Assembly (NCBI GenBank): GCA_964016885.1
Contig: OZ024742.1
Span: 359,724,001 to 359,788,000 of the forward strand
Reading direction: 5' to 3'
Origin: Eledone cirrhosa
Lineage: Eukaryota
Length of the DNA stretch: 64,000 nt
Numbering within the stretch: position 1 is the first letter of the stretch; each line of letters begins with the position of its first letter. Below the pieces are notes generated by a model. It saw only the letters and a list, made by a program, of their open reading frames with translations. It was not told the origin of the DNA and did not search any database. Shown in pieces: positions 1 through 13,338 of this stretch. The translations under genes were made by a program, and so were the position numbers.

Positions 1-3000
1 GAGGAGAAGGGAGAGACAGTGTGGTGAGGAGAAGGGAGAGATAGTGTGGTGAGGTGGAGGGAGAGATAGTGTGGTGAGGAGAAGGGAGAGATAGTGTGGT
101 GAGGAGAAGGGAGAGATAGTGTGGTGAGGAGAAGGAAGAGATTGTGTGGTGAGGAGAAGGGAGAGATAATGTGGTGAGGAGAAGGGAGAGATAGTGTGGT
201 GAGGAGAAGGGAGAGATAGTGTGGTGAGGAGAAGGGAGAGATAGTGTGGTGAGGAGAAGGGAGAGATAGTGTGGTGAGGAGAAGGGAGAGACAGTGTGGT
301 GAGGAGAAGGGAGAGATAGTGTGGTGAGGTGGAGGGAGAGATAGTGTGGTGAGGAGAAGGGAGAGATAGTGTGGTGAGAAGGGAGAGATAGTGTGGTGAG
401 GAGAAGGGAGAGATAGTGTGGTGAGGAGAAGGGAGAGATAGTGTGGGGAGGAGAAGTGAGAGATAGTGTGGTGAGGAGAAGGGAGAGATAGTGTGGTGAG
501 GAGAAGGGAGAGATAGTGTGGTGAGGAGAAGGGAGAGATAATGTGGTGAGGAGAAGGGAGAGATAGTGTGGTGAGGAGAAGGGAGAGATAGTGTGGTGAG
601 GAGAAGGGAGAGACAGTGTGGTGAGGAGAAGGGAGAGATAGTGTGGTGAGGAGAAGGGAGAGATAATGTAGTGAGGTAGAGGGAGAGATAGTGTGGTGAG
701 GAGAAGGGAGAGATAGTGTGGTGAGGAGAAGGGAGAGATAGTGTGGTGAGGTGGAGGGAGAGATATGTGGTGAGGAGAAGGGAGAGATAGTGTGGTGAGG
801 AGAAGGGAGAGATAGTGTGGTGAGGAGAAGGGAGAGATAATGTAGTGAGGTGGAGGGAGAGATAGTGTGGTGAGAGAAGGGAGAGATAGTGTGGTGAGGT
901 GGAGGGAGAGATATGTGGTGAGGAGAAGGGAGAGACAGTCTGGTGAGGAGAAGGGAGAGATAGTGTGGTGAGGAGAAGGGAGAGATAGTGTGGTGAGGAG
1001 AAGGGAGAGATAGTGTGGTGAGGTGGAGGGAGAGATAGTGTGGTGAGGAGAAGGGAGAGATAGTGTGGTGAGGAGAAGGAAGAGATAGTGTGGTGAGGAG
1101 AAGGGAGAGATAATGTGGTGAGGAGAAGGGAGAGATAGTGTGGTGAGGAGAAGGGAGAGATAATGTGGTGAGAAGGGAGAGATAGTGTGGTGAGGAGAAG
1201 GGAGAGACAGTGTGGTGAGGAGAAGGGAGAGATGGTGTGGTGAGGAGAAGGGAGAGATGGTGTGGTGAGGAGAAGGGAGAGATAATGTGGTGAGGAGAAG
1301 GGAGAGACAGTCTGGTGAGGAGAAGGGAGAGACAGTGTGGTGAGGAGAAGGGAGAGATAGTGTGGTGAGGAGAAGGGAGAGACAGTGTGGTGAGGAGAAG
1401 GGAGAGATAGTGTGGTGAGGAGAAGGGAGAGACAGTCTGGTGAGGAGAAGGGAGAGACAGTGTGGTGAGGAGAAGGGAGAGATAGTGTGGTGAGGAGAAG
1501 GGAGAGATAGTGTGGTGAGGAGAAGGGAGAGATAGTGTGGTGAGGAGAAGGGAGAGATAGTGTGGTGAGGAGAAGGGAGAGATAGTGTGGTGAGGAGAAG
1601 GGAGAGATAGTGTGGTGAGGAGAAGGGAGAGATAGTGTGGTGAGGAGAAGGGAGAGACAGTCTGGTGAGGAGAAGGGAGAGACAGTGTGGTGAGGAGAAG
1701 GGAGAGATAGTGTGGTGAGGAGAAGGGAGAGACAGTGTGGTGAGGAGAAGGGAGAGATAGTGTGGTGAGGAGAAGGGAGAGATAGTGTGGTGAGGAGAAG
1801 GGAGAGATAGTGTGGTGATGAGAAGGGAGAGATGGTGTGGTGAGGAGAAGGGAGAGATAGTGTGGTGAGGAGAAGGGAGAGATAATGTGGTGAGGAGAAG
1901 GGAGAGATAGTGTGGTGAGGAGAAGGGAGAGATAGTGTGGTGAGGAGGAGGGAGAGATAGTGTGGTGAGGAGAAGGGAGAGATAGTGTGGTGAGGAGAAG
2001 GGAGAGATAGTGTGGTGAGGAGAAGGGAGAGATAGTGTGGTGATGAGAAGGGAGAGATGGTGTGGTGAGGAGAAGGGAGAGATAGTGTGGTGAGGAGAAG
2101 GGAGAGATAATGTGGTGAGGAGAAGGGAGAGATAGTGTGGTGAGGAGAAGGGAGAGATAGTGTGGTGAGGAGAAGGGAGAGATAGTGTGGTGAGGTGGAG
2201 GGAGAGATAGTGTGGTGAGGAGAAGGGAGAGATAGTGTGGTGAGGAGAAGGGAGAGATAGTGTGGTGAGGAGAAGGGAGAGATAGTGTGGTGAGGAGAAG
2301 GGAGAGATAGTGTGGTGAGGAGAAGGGAGAGATAGTGTGGTGAGGAGAAGGGAGAGATTGTGTGGTGAGGAGAAGGGAGAGACAGTGTGGTGAGGAGAAG
2401 GGAGAGATAGTGTGGTGAGGAGAAGGGAGAGATAGTGTGGTGATGAGAAGGGAGAGATGGTGTGGTGAGGAGAAGGGAGAGATAGTGTGGTGAGGAGAAG
2501 GGAGAGATGGTGTGGTGAGGAGAAGGGAGGGATAGTGTGGTGAGGAGAAGGGAGAGATAATGTGGTGAGGAGAAGGGAGAGACAGTGTGGTGAGGAGAAG
2601 GGAGAGATAGTGTGGTGAGGAGAAGGGAGAGATAGTGTGGTGAGGTGGAGGGAGAGATAGTGTGGTGAGGAGAAGGGAGAGATAGTGTGGTGAGGAGAAG
2701 GGAGAGATAGTGTGGTGAGGTGGAGGGAGAGATAGTGTGGTGAGGAGAAGGGAGAGATAGTGTGGTGAGGAGAAGGGAGAGATAGTGTGGTGAGGTGGAG
2801 GGAGAGATAGTGTGGTGAGGAGAAGGGAGAGATAGTGTGGTGAGGAGAAGGGAGAGATAGTGTGGTGAGGAGAAGGGAGAGATAGTGTGGTGAGGAGAAG
2901 GGAGAGATAGTGTGGTGAGGAGAAGGGAGAGATGGTGTGGTGAGGAGAAGGGAGGGATAGTGTGGTGAGGAGAAGGGAGAGATAATGTGGTGAGGAGAAG

Positions 3001-6000
3001 GGAGAGATAGTGTGGTGAGGTGGAGGGAGAGATAGTGTGGTGAGGAGAAGGGAGAGATAGTGTGGTGAGGAGAAGGGAGAGATAGTGTGGTGAGGAGAAG
3101 GGAGAGACAGTGTGGTGAGGAGAAGGGAGAGACAGTGTGGTGAGGAGAAGGGAGAGACAGTGTGGTGAGGAGAAGGGAGAGATAGTGTGGTGAGGAGAAT
3201 GGAGAGATAGTGTGGTGAGAAGGGAGAGATAATGTAGTGAGGTGGAGGGAGAGATAGTGTGGTGAGTAGAAGGGAGAGACAGTGTGGTGAGGAGAAGGGA
3301 GAGATGGTGTGGTGAGGAGAAGGGAGAGATAGTGTGGTGAGGTGGAGGGAGAGATAGTGTGGTGAGGAGAAGGGAGAGATAGTGTGGTGAGGAGAAGGGA
3401 GAGATAGTGTGGTGAGGAGAAGGGAGAGATAGTGTGGTGAGGAGAAGGGAGAGATAATGTAGTGAGGTGGAGGGAGAGATAGTGTGGTGAGGAGAAGGGA
3501 GAGATAGTGTGGTGAGGTGGAGGGAGAGATAGTGTGGTGAGGAGAAGGGAGAGATAGTGTGGTGAGGAGAAGGGAGAGATAGTGTGGTGAGGAGAAGGGA
3601 GAGATAGTGTGGTGAGGAGAAGGGAGAGATAGTGTGGTGAGGAGAAGGGGGAGATAGTGTGGTGAGGAGAAGGGAGAGATAGTGTGGTGAGGTGGAGGGA
3701 GAGATAGTGTGGTGAGGAGAAGGGAGAGACAGTGTGGTGAGGAGGAGGGAGAGATAGTGTGGTGAGGAGAAGGGAGAGATAGTGTGGTGAGGAGAAGGGA
3801 GAGATAGTGTGGTGAGGAGAAGGGAGAGATAGTGTGGTGAGGAGAAGGGAGAGATAGTGTGGTGAGGAGAAGGGAGAGATAGTGTGGTGAGGAGAAGGGA
3901 GAGACAGTGTGGTGAGGAGAAGGGAGAGATAGTGTGGTGAGGAGAAGGGAGAGATAATGTAGTGAGGTGGAGGGAGAGATAGTGTGGTGAGGAGAAGGGA
4001 GAGATAGTGTGGTGAGGAGAAGGGAGAGATAGTGTGGTGAGGTGGAGGGAGAGATAGTGTGGTGAGGAGAAGGGAGAGATAGTGTGGTGAGGAGAAGGGA
4101 GAGATAGTGTGGTGAGGAGAAGGGAGAGATAATGTAGTGAGGTGGAGGGAGAGATAGTGTGGTGAGGAGAAGGGAGAGATAGTGTGGTGAGGTGGAGGGA
4201 GAGATAGTGTGGTGAGGAGAAGGGAGAGATAGTGTGGTGAGGAGAAGGAAGAGATTGTGTGGTGAGGAGAAGGGAGAGATAATGTGGTGAGGAGAAGGGA
4301 GAGATAGTGTGGTGAGGAGAAGGGAGAGATAGTGTGGTGAGGAGAAGGGAGAGATAATGTGGTGAGAAGGGAGAGATAATGTGGTGAGGAGAAGGGAGAG
4401 ACAGTGTGGTGAGGAGAAGGGAGAGATAATGTGGTGAGAAGGGAGAGACAGTGTGGTGAGGAGAAGGGAGAGACAGTGTGGTGAGGAGAAGGGAGAGATA
4501 GTGTGGTGAGGAGAAGGGAGAGATAGTGTGGTGAGGTGGAGGGAGAGACAGTGTGGTGAGGAGAAGGGAGAGATAGTGTGGTGAGGAGAAGGGAGAGATA
4601 GTGTGGTGAGGAGAAGGGAGAGACAGTGTGGTGAGGAGAAGGGAGAGATAGTGTGGTGAGGAGAAGGGAGAGACAGTGTGGTGAGGTGGAGGGAGAGATA
4701 TTGTGGTGAGGAGAAGGGAGAGATAGTGTAGTGAGGTGGAGGGAGAGATATTGTGGTGAGGAGAAGGGAGAGATAGTGTGGTGAGGAGAAGGGAGAGATA
4801 GTGTGGTGAGAAGGGAGAGATAGTGTGGTGAGGAGAAGGGAGAGACAGTGTGGTGAGGAGAAGGGAGAGATAGTGTGGTGAGGAGAAGGGAGAGATAGTG
4901 TGGTGAGGAGAAGGGAGAGATAGTGTGGTGAGAAGGGAGAGATAGTGTGGTGAGGAGAAGGGAGAGACAGTGTGGTGAGGAGAAGGGAGAGATAGTGTGG
5001 TGAGGAGAAGGGAGAGATAGTGTGGTGAGGAGAAGGGAGAGATAGTGTGGTGAGGAGAAGGGAGAGATAGTGTGGTGAGGAGAAGGGAGAGATAGTGTGG
5101 TGAGGAGAAGGGGGAGATAGTGTGGTGAGGTGGAGGGAGAGATAGTGTGGTGAGGAGAAGGGAGAGATAGTGTGGTGAGGTGGAGGGAGAGATATTGTGG
5201 TGAGGAGAAGGGAGAGATAGTGTAGTGAGGTGGAGGGAGAGATATTGTGGTGAGGAGAAGGGAGAGATAGTGTGGTGAGGAGAAGGGAGAGACAGTGTGG
5301 TGAGGAGAAGGGAGAGATAGTGTGGTGAGAAGGGAGAGATAGTGTGGTGAGGAGAAGGGAGAGATAGTGTGGTGAGGAGAAGGGAGAGATAGTGTGGTGA
5401 GGAGAAGGGAGAGATAGTGTGGTGAGGAGAAGGGAGAGATGGTCTGGTGAGGAGAAGGGAGAGATAGTGTGGTGAGGAGAAGGGAGAGATAGTGTGGTGA
5501 GGAGAAGGGAGAGATTGTGTGGTGAGGAGAAGGGAGAGATAATGTAGTGAGGTGGAGGGAGAGATAGTGTGGTGAGGAGAAGGGAGAGATAATGTGGTGA
5601 GGAGAAGGGAGAGATAGTGTGGTGAGGAGAAGGGAGAGACAGTCTGGTGAGGAGAAGGGAGAGATAATGTGGTGAGGAGAAGGGAGAGATAGTGTGGTGA
5701 GGAGAAGGGAGATATAATGTGGTGAGAAGAAGGGAGAGATTGTGTGGTGAGGAGAAGGGAGAGACAGTGTGGTGAGGAGAAGGGAGAGATTGTGTGGTGA
5801 GGAGAAGGGAGAGATAATGTAGTGAGGTGGAGGGAGAGATAGTGTGGTGAGGAGAAGGGAGAGATAGTGTGGTGAGGAGAAGGGAGAGATAGTGTGGTGA
5901 GGAGAAGGGAGAGACAGTCTGGTGAGGAGAAGGGAGAGATAATGTGGTGAGGAGAAGGGAGAGATAGTGTGGTGAGGAGAAGGGAGAGACAGTGTGGTGA

Positions 6001-9000
6001 GGAGAAGGGAGAGATTGTGTGGTGAGGAGAAGGGAGAGATAATGTAGTGAGGTGGAGGGAGAGATAGTGTGGTGAGGAGAAGGGAGAGATAGTGTGGTGA
6101 GGAGAAGGGAGAGATAGTGTGGTGAGGTGGAGGGAGAGATAGTGTGGTGAGGAGAAGGGAGAGATAGTGTGGTGAGGAGAAGGGAGAGATAGTGTGGTGA
6201 GGAGAAGGGAGAGATAATGTAGTGAGGTGGAGGGAGAGATAGTGTGGTGAGGAGAAGGGAGAGATAGTGTGGTGAGGTGGAGGGAGAGACAGTGTGGTGA
6301 GGAGAAGGGAGAGATAGTGTGGTGAGGAGAAGGAAGAGATTGTGTGGTGAGGAGAAGGGAGAGATAATGTGGTGAGGAGAAGGGAGAGATAGTGTGGTGA
6401 GGAGAAGGGGGAGATAGTGTGGTGAGGAGAAGGGAGAGATAGTGTGGTGAGGTGGAGGGAGAGATAGTGTGGTGAGGAGAAGGGAGAGACAGTGTGGTGA
6501 GGAGGAGGGAGAGATAGTGTGGTGAGGAGAAGGGAGAGATAGTGTGGTGAGGAGAAGGGAGAGATAGTGTGGTGAGGAGAAGGGAGAGATAGTGTGGTGA
6601 GGAGAAGGGAGAGATAGTGTGGTGAGGAGAAGGGAGAGATAGTGTGGTGAGGAGAAGGGAGAGATAGTGTGGTGAGGAGAAGGGAGAGATAATGTAGTGA
6701 GGTGGAGGGAGAGATAGTGTGGTGAGGAGAAGGGAGAGATAGTGTGGTGAGGAGAAGGGAGAGATAGTGTGGTGAGGTGGAGGGAGAGATAGTGTGGTGA
6801 GGAGAAGGGAGAGATAGTGTGGTGAGGAGAAGGGAGAGATAGTGTGGTGAGGAGAAGGGAGAGATAATGTAGTGAGGTGGAGGGAGAGATAGTGTGGTGA
6901 GGAGAAGGGAGAGATAGTGTGGTGAGGTGGAGGGAGAGATAGTGTGGTGAGGAGAAGGGAGAGATAGTGTGGTGAGGAGAAGGAAGAGATTGTGTGGTGA
7001 GGAGAAGGGAGAGATAATGTGGTGAGGAGAAGGGAGAGATAGTGTGGTGAGGAGAAGGGAGAGATAGTGTGGTGAGGAGAAGGGAGAGATAATGTGGTGA
7101 GAAGGGAGAGATAATGTGGTGAGGAGAAGGGAGAGACAGTGTGGTGAGGAGAAGGGAGAGATAATGTGGTGAGAAGGGAGAGACAGTGTGGTGAGGAGAA
7201 GGGAGAGACAGTGTGGTGAGGAGAAGGGAGAGATAGTGTGGTTAGGAGAAGGGAGAGATAGTGTGGTGAGGTGGAGGGAGAGACAGTGTGGTGAGGAGAA
7301 GGGAGAGATAGTGTGGTGAGGAGAAGGGAGAGATAGTGTGGTGAGGAGAAGGGAGAGACAGTGTGGTGAGGAGAAGGGAGAGATAGTGTGGTGAGGAGAA
7401 GGGAGAGACAGTGTGGTGAGGTGGAGGGAGAGATATTGTGGTGAGGAGAAGGGAGAGATAGTGTAGTGAGGTGGAGGGAGAGATATTGTGGTGAGGAGAA
7501 GGGAGAGATAGTGTGGTGAGGAGAAGGGAGAGATAGTGTGGTGAGAAGGGAGAGATAGTGTGGTGAGGAGAAGGGAGAGACAGTGTGGTGAGGAGAAGGG
7601 AGAGATAGTGTGGTGAGGAGAAGGGAGAGATAGTGTGGTGAGGAGAAGGGAGAGATAGTGTGGTGAGAAGGGAGAGATAGTGTGGTGAGGAGAAGGGAGA
7701 GACAGTGTGGTGAGGAGAAGGGAGAGATAGTGTGGTGAGGAGAAGGGAGAGATAGTGTGGTGAGGAGAAGGGAGAGATAGTGTGGTGAGGAGAAGGGAGA
7801 GATAGTGTGGTGAGGAGAAGGGAGAGATAGTGTGGTGAGGAGAAGGGGGAGATAGTGTGGTGAGGTGGAGGGAGAGATAGTGTGGTGAGGAGAAGGGAGA
7901 GATAGTGTGGTGAGGTGGAGGGAGAGATATTGTGGTGAGGAGAAGGGAGAGATAGTGTAGTGAGGTGGAGGGAGAGATATTGTGGTGAGGAGAAGGGAGA
8001 GATAGTGTGGTGAGGAGAAGGGAGAGACAGTGTGGTGAGGAGAAGGGAGAGATAGTGTGGTGAGAAGGGAGAGATAGTGTGGTGAGGAGAAGGGAGAGAT
8101 AGTGTGGTGAGGAGAAGGGAGAGATAGTGTGGTGAGGAGAAGGGAGAGATAGTGTGGTGAGGAGAAGGGAGAGATGGTCTGGTGAGGAGAAGGGAGAGAT
8201 AGTGTGGTGAGGAGAAGGGAGAGACAGTGTGGTGAGGAGAAGGGAGAGATTGTGTGGTGAGGAGAAGGGAGAGATAATGTAGTGAGGTGGAGGGAGAGAT
8301 AGTGTGGTGAGGAGAAGGGAGAGATAATGTGGTGAGGAGAAGGGAGAGATAGTGTGGTGAGGAGAAGGGAGATATAATGTGGTGAGAAGAAGGGAGAGAT
8401 TGTGTGGTGAGGAGAAGGGAGAGACAGTGTGGTGAGGAGAAGGGAGAGATTGTGTGGTGAGGAGAAGGGAGAGATAATGTAGTGAGGTGGAGGGAGAGAT
8501 AGTGTGGTGAGGAGAAGGGAGAGATAGTGTGGTGAGGAGAAGGGAGAGATAGTGTGGTGAGGAGAAGGGAGAGACAGTCTGGTGAGGAGAAGGGAGAGAT
8601 AATGTGGTGAGGAGAAGGGAGAGATAGTGTGGTGAGGAGAAGGGAGAGACAGTGTGGTGAGGAGAAGGGAGAGATTGTGTGGTGAGGAGAAGGGAGAGAT
8701 AATGTAGTGAGGTGGAGGGAGAGATAGTGTGGTGAGGAGAAGGGAGAGATAGTGTGGTGAGGAGAAGGGAGAGATAGTGTGGTGAGGTGGAGGGAGAGAT
8801 AGTGTGGTGAGGAGAAGGGAGAGATAGTGTGGTGAGGAGAAGGGAGAGATAGTGTGGTGAGGAGAAGGGAGAGATAATGTAGTGAGGTGGAGGGAGAGAT
8901 AGTGTGGTGAGGAGAAGGGAGAGATAGTGTGGTGAGGTGGAGGGAGAGACAGTGTGGTGAGGAGAAGGGAGAGATAGTGTGGTGAGGAGAAGGAAGAGAT

Positions 9001-10624
9001 TGTGTGGTGAGGAGAAGGGAGAGATAATGTGGTGAGGAGAAGGGAGAGATAGTGTGGTGAGGAGAAGGGAGAGATAGTGTGGTGAGGAGAAGGGAGAGAC
9101 AGTCTGGTGAGGAGAAGGGAGAGATAATGTGGTGAGGAGAAGGGAGAGATAGTGTGGTGAGGAGAAGGGAGATATAATGTGGTGAGAAGAAGGGAGAGAT
9201 TGTGTGGTGAGGAGAAGGGAGAGATTGTGTGGTGAGGAGAAGGGAGATATAATGTGGTGAGAAGAAGGGAGAGACAGTGTGGTGAGGAGAAGGGAGAGAT
9301 TGTGTGGTGAGGAGAAGGGAGAGATAATGTAGTGAGGTGGAGGGAGAGATAGTGTGGTGAGGAGAAGGGAGAGATAGTGTGGTGAGGAGAAGGGAGAGAT
9401 AGTGTGGTGAGGAGAAGGGAGAGACAGTCTGGTGAGGAGAAGGGAGAGATAATGTGGTGAGGAGAAGGGAGAGATAGTGTGGTGAGGAGAAGGGAGAGAC
9501 AGTGTGGTGAGGAGAAGGGAGAGATTGTGTGGTGAGGAGAAGGGAGAGATAATGTAGTGAGGTGGAGGGAGAGATAGTGTGGTGAGGAGAAGGGAGATAT
9601 AATGTGGTGAGAAGAAGGGAGAGACAGTGTGGTGAGGAGAAGGGAGATATAATGTGGTGAGAAGAAGGGAGAGACAGTGTGGTGAGGAGAAGGGAGAGAT
9701 TGTGTGGTGAGGAGAAGGGAGAGATAATGTAGTGAGGTGGAGGGAGAGATAGTGTGGTGAGGAGAAGGGAGATATAATGTGGTGAGAAGAAGGGAGAGAT
9801 AGTGTGGTGAGGAGAAGGGAGATATAATGTGGTGAGAAGAAGGGAGAGACAGTGTGGTGAGGAGAAGGGAGAGATTGTGTGGTGAGGAGAAGGGAGAGAT
9901 AATGTAGTGAGGTGGAGGGAGAGATAGTGTGGTGAGGAGAAGGGAGAGATAGTGTGGTGAGGAGAAGGGAGAGATAGTGTGGTGAGGAGAAGGGAGAGAC
10001 AGTCTGGTGAGGAGAAGGGAGAGATAATGTGGTGAGGAGAAGGGAGAGATAGTGTGGTGAGGAGAAGGGAGAGACAGTGTGGTGAGGAGAAGGGAGAGAT
10101 TGTGTGGTGAGGAGAAGGGAGAGATAATGTAGTGAGGTGGAGGGAGAGATAGTGTGGTGAGGAGAAGGGAGAGATAGTGTGGTGAGGAGAAGGGAGAGAT
10201 AGTGTGGTGAGGAGAAGGGAGAGACAGTCTGGTGAGGAGAAGGGAGAGATAATGTGGTGAGGAGAAGGGAGAGATAGTGTGGTGAGGAGAAGGGAGAGAC
10301 AGTGTGGTGAGGAGAAGGGAGAGATTGTGTGGTGAGGAGAAGGGAGAGATAATGTGGTGAGGAGAAGGGAGAGATGGTGTGGTGAGGAGAAGGGAGAGAT
10401 AGTGTGGTGAGGAGAAGGGAGAGATAGTGTGGTGAGGAGAAGGGAGAGACAGTCTGGTGAGGAGAAGGGAGAGATAATGTGGTGAGGAGAAGGGAGAGAT
10501 GGTGTGGTGAGGAGAAGGGAGAGATAGTGTGGTGAGGAGAAGGGAGAGATAGTGTGGTGAGGAGAAGGGAGAGATAGTGTGGTGAGGAGAAGGGAGAGCT
10601 AGTGTGGTGAGGAGAAGGGAGAGC
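1..10624. repeat. 25-bp minisatellite (GAGGAGAAGGGAGAGATAGTGTGGT)n, ~425 units, continues off the left edge
   Basis: Unit read directly; point variants (ACAG, ATAAT, GGTGGAGG) and 22-bp deletion variants; + strand almost C-free. Confidence 0.98.
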
Positions 10625-11483
10625 TGATAAAGTAAAAAGCATTCTCATGTCTTTCGTGTTGGTCTCTTTATAATACGATATGTTTGTGTCTGAGAGACTT
10701 TTGACAGAAACCAATGTGCTCACTAATCAAAGAAAGTTCATGTCACGCCATTGCACAAGCCTGCACGCACCAATTATCATTTCTTTGGCAAGAAGATACT
10801 AGTGAATGAATATTTACGTATGTATCTACATTGATGTGTACGTTAATATGATTATTCAGCTATATATTAGGATTTATACAGTCACATATGAATGATGAGT
10901 TGGTTTTGTTTAGCAACCAGTCAACCCCCATCGAATAAATCTATAATCAAAGGCTTTCCGTCCATAACCATAGGCTTATATATAAATACATTATCTAATG
11001 TCTCCGTCTATGCCTATCCTAAAAATGTTATTATTTTTGTTTTCGCAAACTTAGGCGAAATGATAGGTGATTTTTGTAGTGAAGATGTTACTTCAGTATT
11101 ACAATATGTACCTCCTACGATATTAACACAGCTTTAAAGACATGGGTAAAGTGTTGGTATAGAGGTGATACATTACAAATCTCTATCACATACTAGTAGG
11201 AAAAATTAACATACACCAAACCATAAGCTATGTCACATATTTCAAATGGGATGTAATTTTGGGGCAGAGCATTCCAGTTAGGTGAAGCAAAAGGATGCCT
11301 AACGAAGCCAAACAAAGTTAACGAAGCTAGACAAAGGCTAACGAGATTTAAGAAGTCTAACGAGATTTGACGAGGACTAACGAACCTAGAAGTAACCATC
11401 ACTCTGATACCCATAATTTTTAACTAAATATTTGCCGTATGATACGTTACAAGTATATATATATATATATATATATATACAAA

Positions 11484-12278
11484 AAGAAATATATTTCACC
11501 AATTAATCAGATGGTAAGTCACGGAAAGTGGATATTATTTAATGAAATATATACAGGGAAGATTAATCATTAAAAGGTATATATTTTTGAAGTTCTAGTT
11601 AACTTTATTTATCTGTTACCTACTAGCCATGCGTGGTTACACGCTTGTAAAAATCATCTCCTGTGATTTTTCATGTTTATATTTATTTATATATATATTG
11701 ATCAATTCCTAGTTATTAAAATGCTCGTACTTACAAAGTCCTAGAGCTTATTTTCGGGCGATATGGCGCATTCCGTTAAGGAATGACACCCATAATTTCG
11801 ATTCTGATTGAATTCTTTTAATCTATCTTAATTTTGGATATAGATATATAATACTGCTCCTTAATTGTAGAGCTAACTCTGTTGAAGGGAATTGACTGCT
11901 ATTTCTAGTTGTCGAATAACTATTCACGCCACTGAAACGAAGCCGCTGTGATGTATAATATCAACACGTGGTAACGGCCAGTTTAAGATTTTGACTCGAA
12001 GTGTAAACATGGATCGCTTGATATTGTTCTTCCTTGTTGATAATCCAATAATATCCACTTTCCGTGACTTACCATCTGATTAATTGGTGAAATATATTTC
12101 TTTAATGAAATATATACAGGGAAGATTAATCATTAAAAGGTAAATATTTTTGAAGTTCTAGTTAACCTTATTTATTTGTTACCTACTAGCCATGCGTGGT
12201 TACACGCTTGTAAAAATTATCTCCTGGGATTTTTCATGTTTATATTTATTTATATATATGTTGATCAATTCCTAGTTA
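11484..12278 (+). mobile_element. Non-coding HHR-containing partial-tandem unit (retrozyme-like / non-autonomous PLE), ~562-bp period
   Basis: Direct repeat 11541-11717 = 12103-12278; 11484-11539 is the reverse complement of ~12047-12102; (TA)n on both sides; no ORF. Confidence 0.7.
12030..12123 (+). ncRNA. Type I hammerhead ribozyme, U3:A8 core variant
   Basis: Stem I TTCCTTG/CAGGGAA; core TTGATAA 12037-12043; stem II CCAAT/ATTGG; GAAA 12089-12092; stem III TATATTTC/GAAATATA; AUA triplet, predicted cut after 12116. Confidence 0.8.
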
Positions 12279-12361
12279 TATATATATATATATATATACA
12301 ATATTAAATAAATGGAAACTATATTTATAAAACCATATTTATTTCATTATATATATTTCAG

Positions 12362-12772
12362 AAGACATACCCGTTCCAAAGACCCTCATGTATAGATAAG
12401 AAATGTATAACCTGTAAAATAAGCCCCCATATTAACTGTAAAACTAGAAATGTAGTGTATAGCATAAGATGTACTGAAGGACAATGTAGAAACAAAAATA
12501 TAGTGTACATAGGTGAGACAGCTCGTAGTATAGGGGAACGAATAAATGAACACTGGCGAGACCTCCAAGATAATAAAGAATCATCTGTGCTCTACCAACA
12601 TGCTAAGATAGAACACAGGGGTAGATTAGAGAGCATAGAAATAAAAATAGAATCCACGCACAGAAAAGACGCAATGTTTAGGCAAATTACAGAGGCAGTA
12701 AGCATAAAAGAATTAAAACCAAAATTAAATAGAAAATATGAGTGGAACAGCAACATCACAACTTACAATTAA
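12362..12772 (+). pseudogene. PLE Cys-linker + GIY-YIG endonuclease fragment
   Basis: Frame open upstream of the annotated 12455 start; VVY..YIGET, R..EH, E and LN motifs. Confidence 0.88.
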
Positions 12773-13087
12773 GGACAAAATGAAAACACACACACACATA
12801 GAACAAACAACTTACAATTGAAAACACACACAAAATGAAAACACACACAGGACAAAATGAAAACACACACACACATAGAACAAACAACCAACCAACAATA
12901 AATAAATAAATAAATAAATAAATAAACAAATAGAAAAATATAAATAGAAAAATAGAAAAATGAACACAAACACACACAGACACCCGGATGTGGCGCATGC
13001 GCAAACTGAGCACACAACACACACACAGAAACAAAATGGCGTAGGATAGAAGAAAGGAAAGGCCCAGAAACGAAGAAAGGAATCCCC

Positions 13088-13132
13088 AGTCACTGAAGAG
13101 GTCACAGAGTGTGTGACGAAAGGACTATGACT
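13088..13132 (+). ncRNA. Minimal type I HHR in family C pLTR
   Basis: AGTCA CTGAAGA G GTCACA-gagtg-TGTGAC GAAA GgaC TA TGACT. Confidence 0.75.
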
Positions 13133-13292
13133 ATATATATAAACAACTATCTGGTTGTGGAACCAACCAACCAACCAGATATTTATAGGTTTGTAGATTT
13201 GTAAATTTATAAATTTATAAATATATAATAAATTGAAGTGAAAGCAACTGGTGCGTGTGTTTCTTATTGGCAACATGACCCTCCCAAAGTAT

Positions 13293-13336
<44 letters not shown>

Positions 13337-13338
<2 letters not shown>

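Larger units (their letters stand above)
12362..13298 (+). mobile_element. 5'-truncated PLE (family C): GIY-YIG end, 3' UTR and pLTR
   Basis: KTYPF..CITCK..NCKTRNVVYSIRC..YIGETARSIGERINEH..QITEAVSI..PKLN; near-identical to 50300-51010; paralogous to 55326-55760; ends in (TA)n. Confidence 0.9.

Noticed and set aside
1-10624. Telomeric repeat or repetitive coding exon
   Set aside because: No TTAGGG; 25-bp unit is not a codon multiple and the + strand has frequent stops
11298-11390. Degenerate ~18-bp TAACGA repeats
   Set aside because: Only ~5 poorly conserved units; no further support for function
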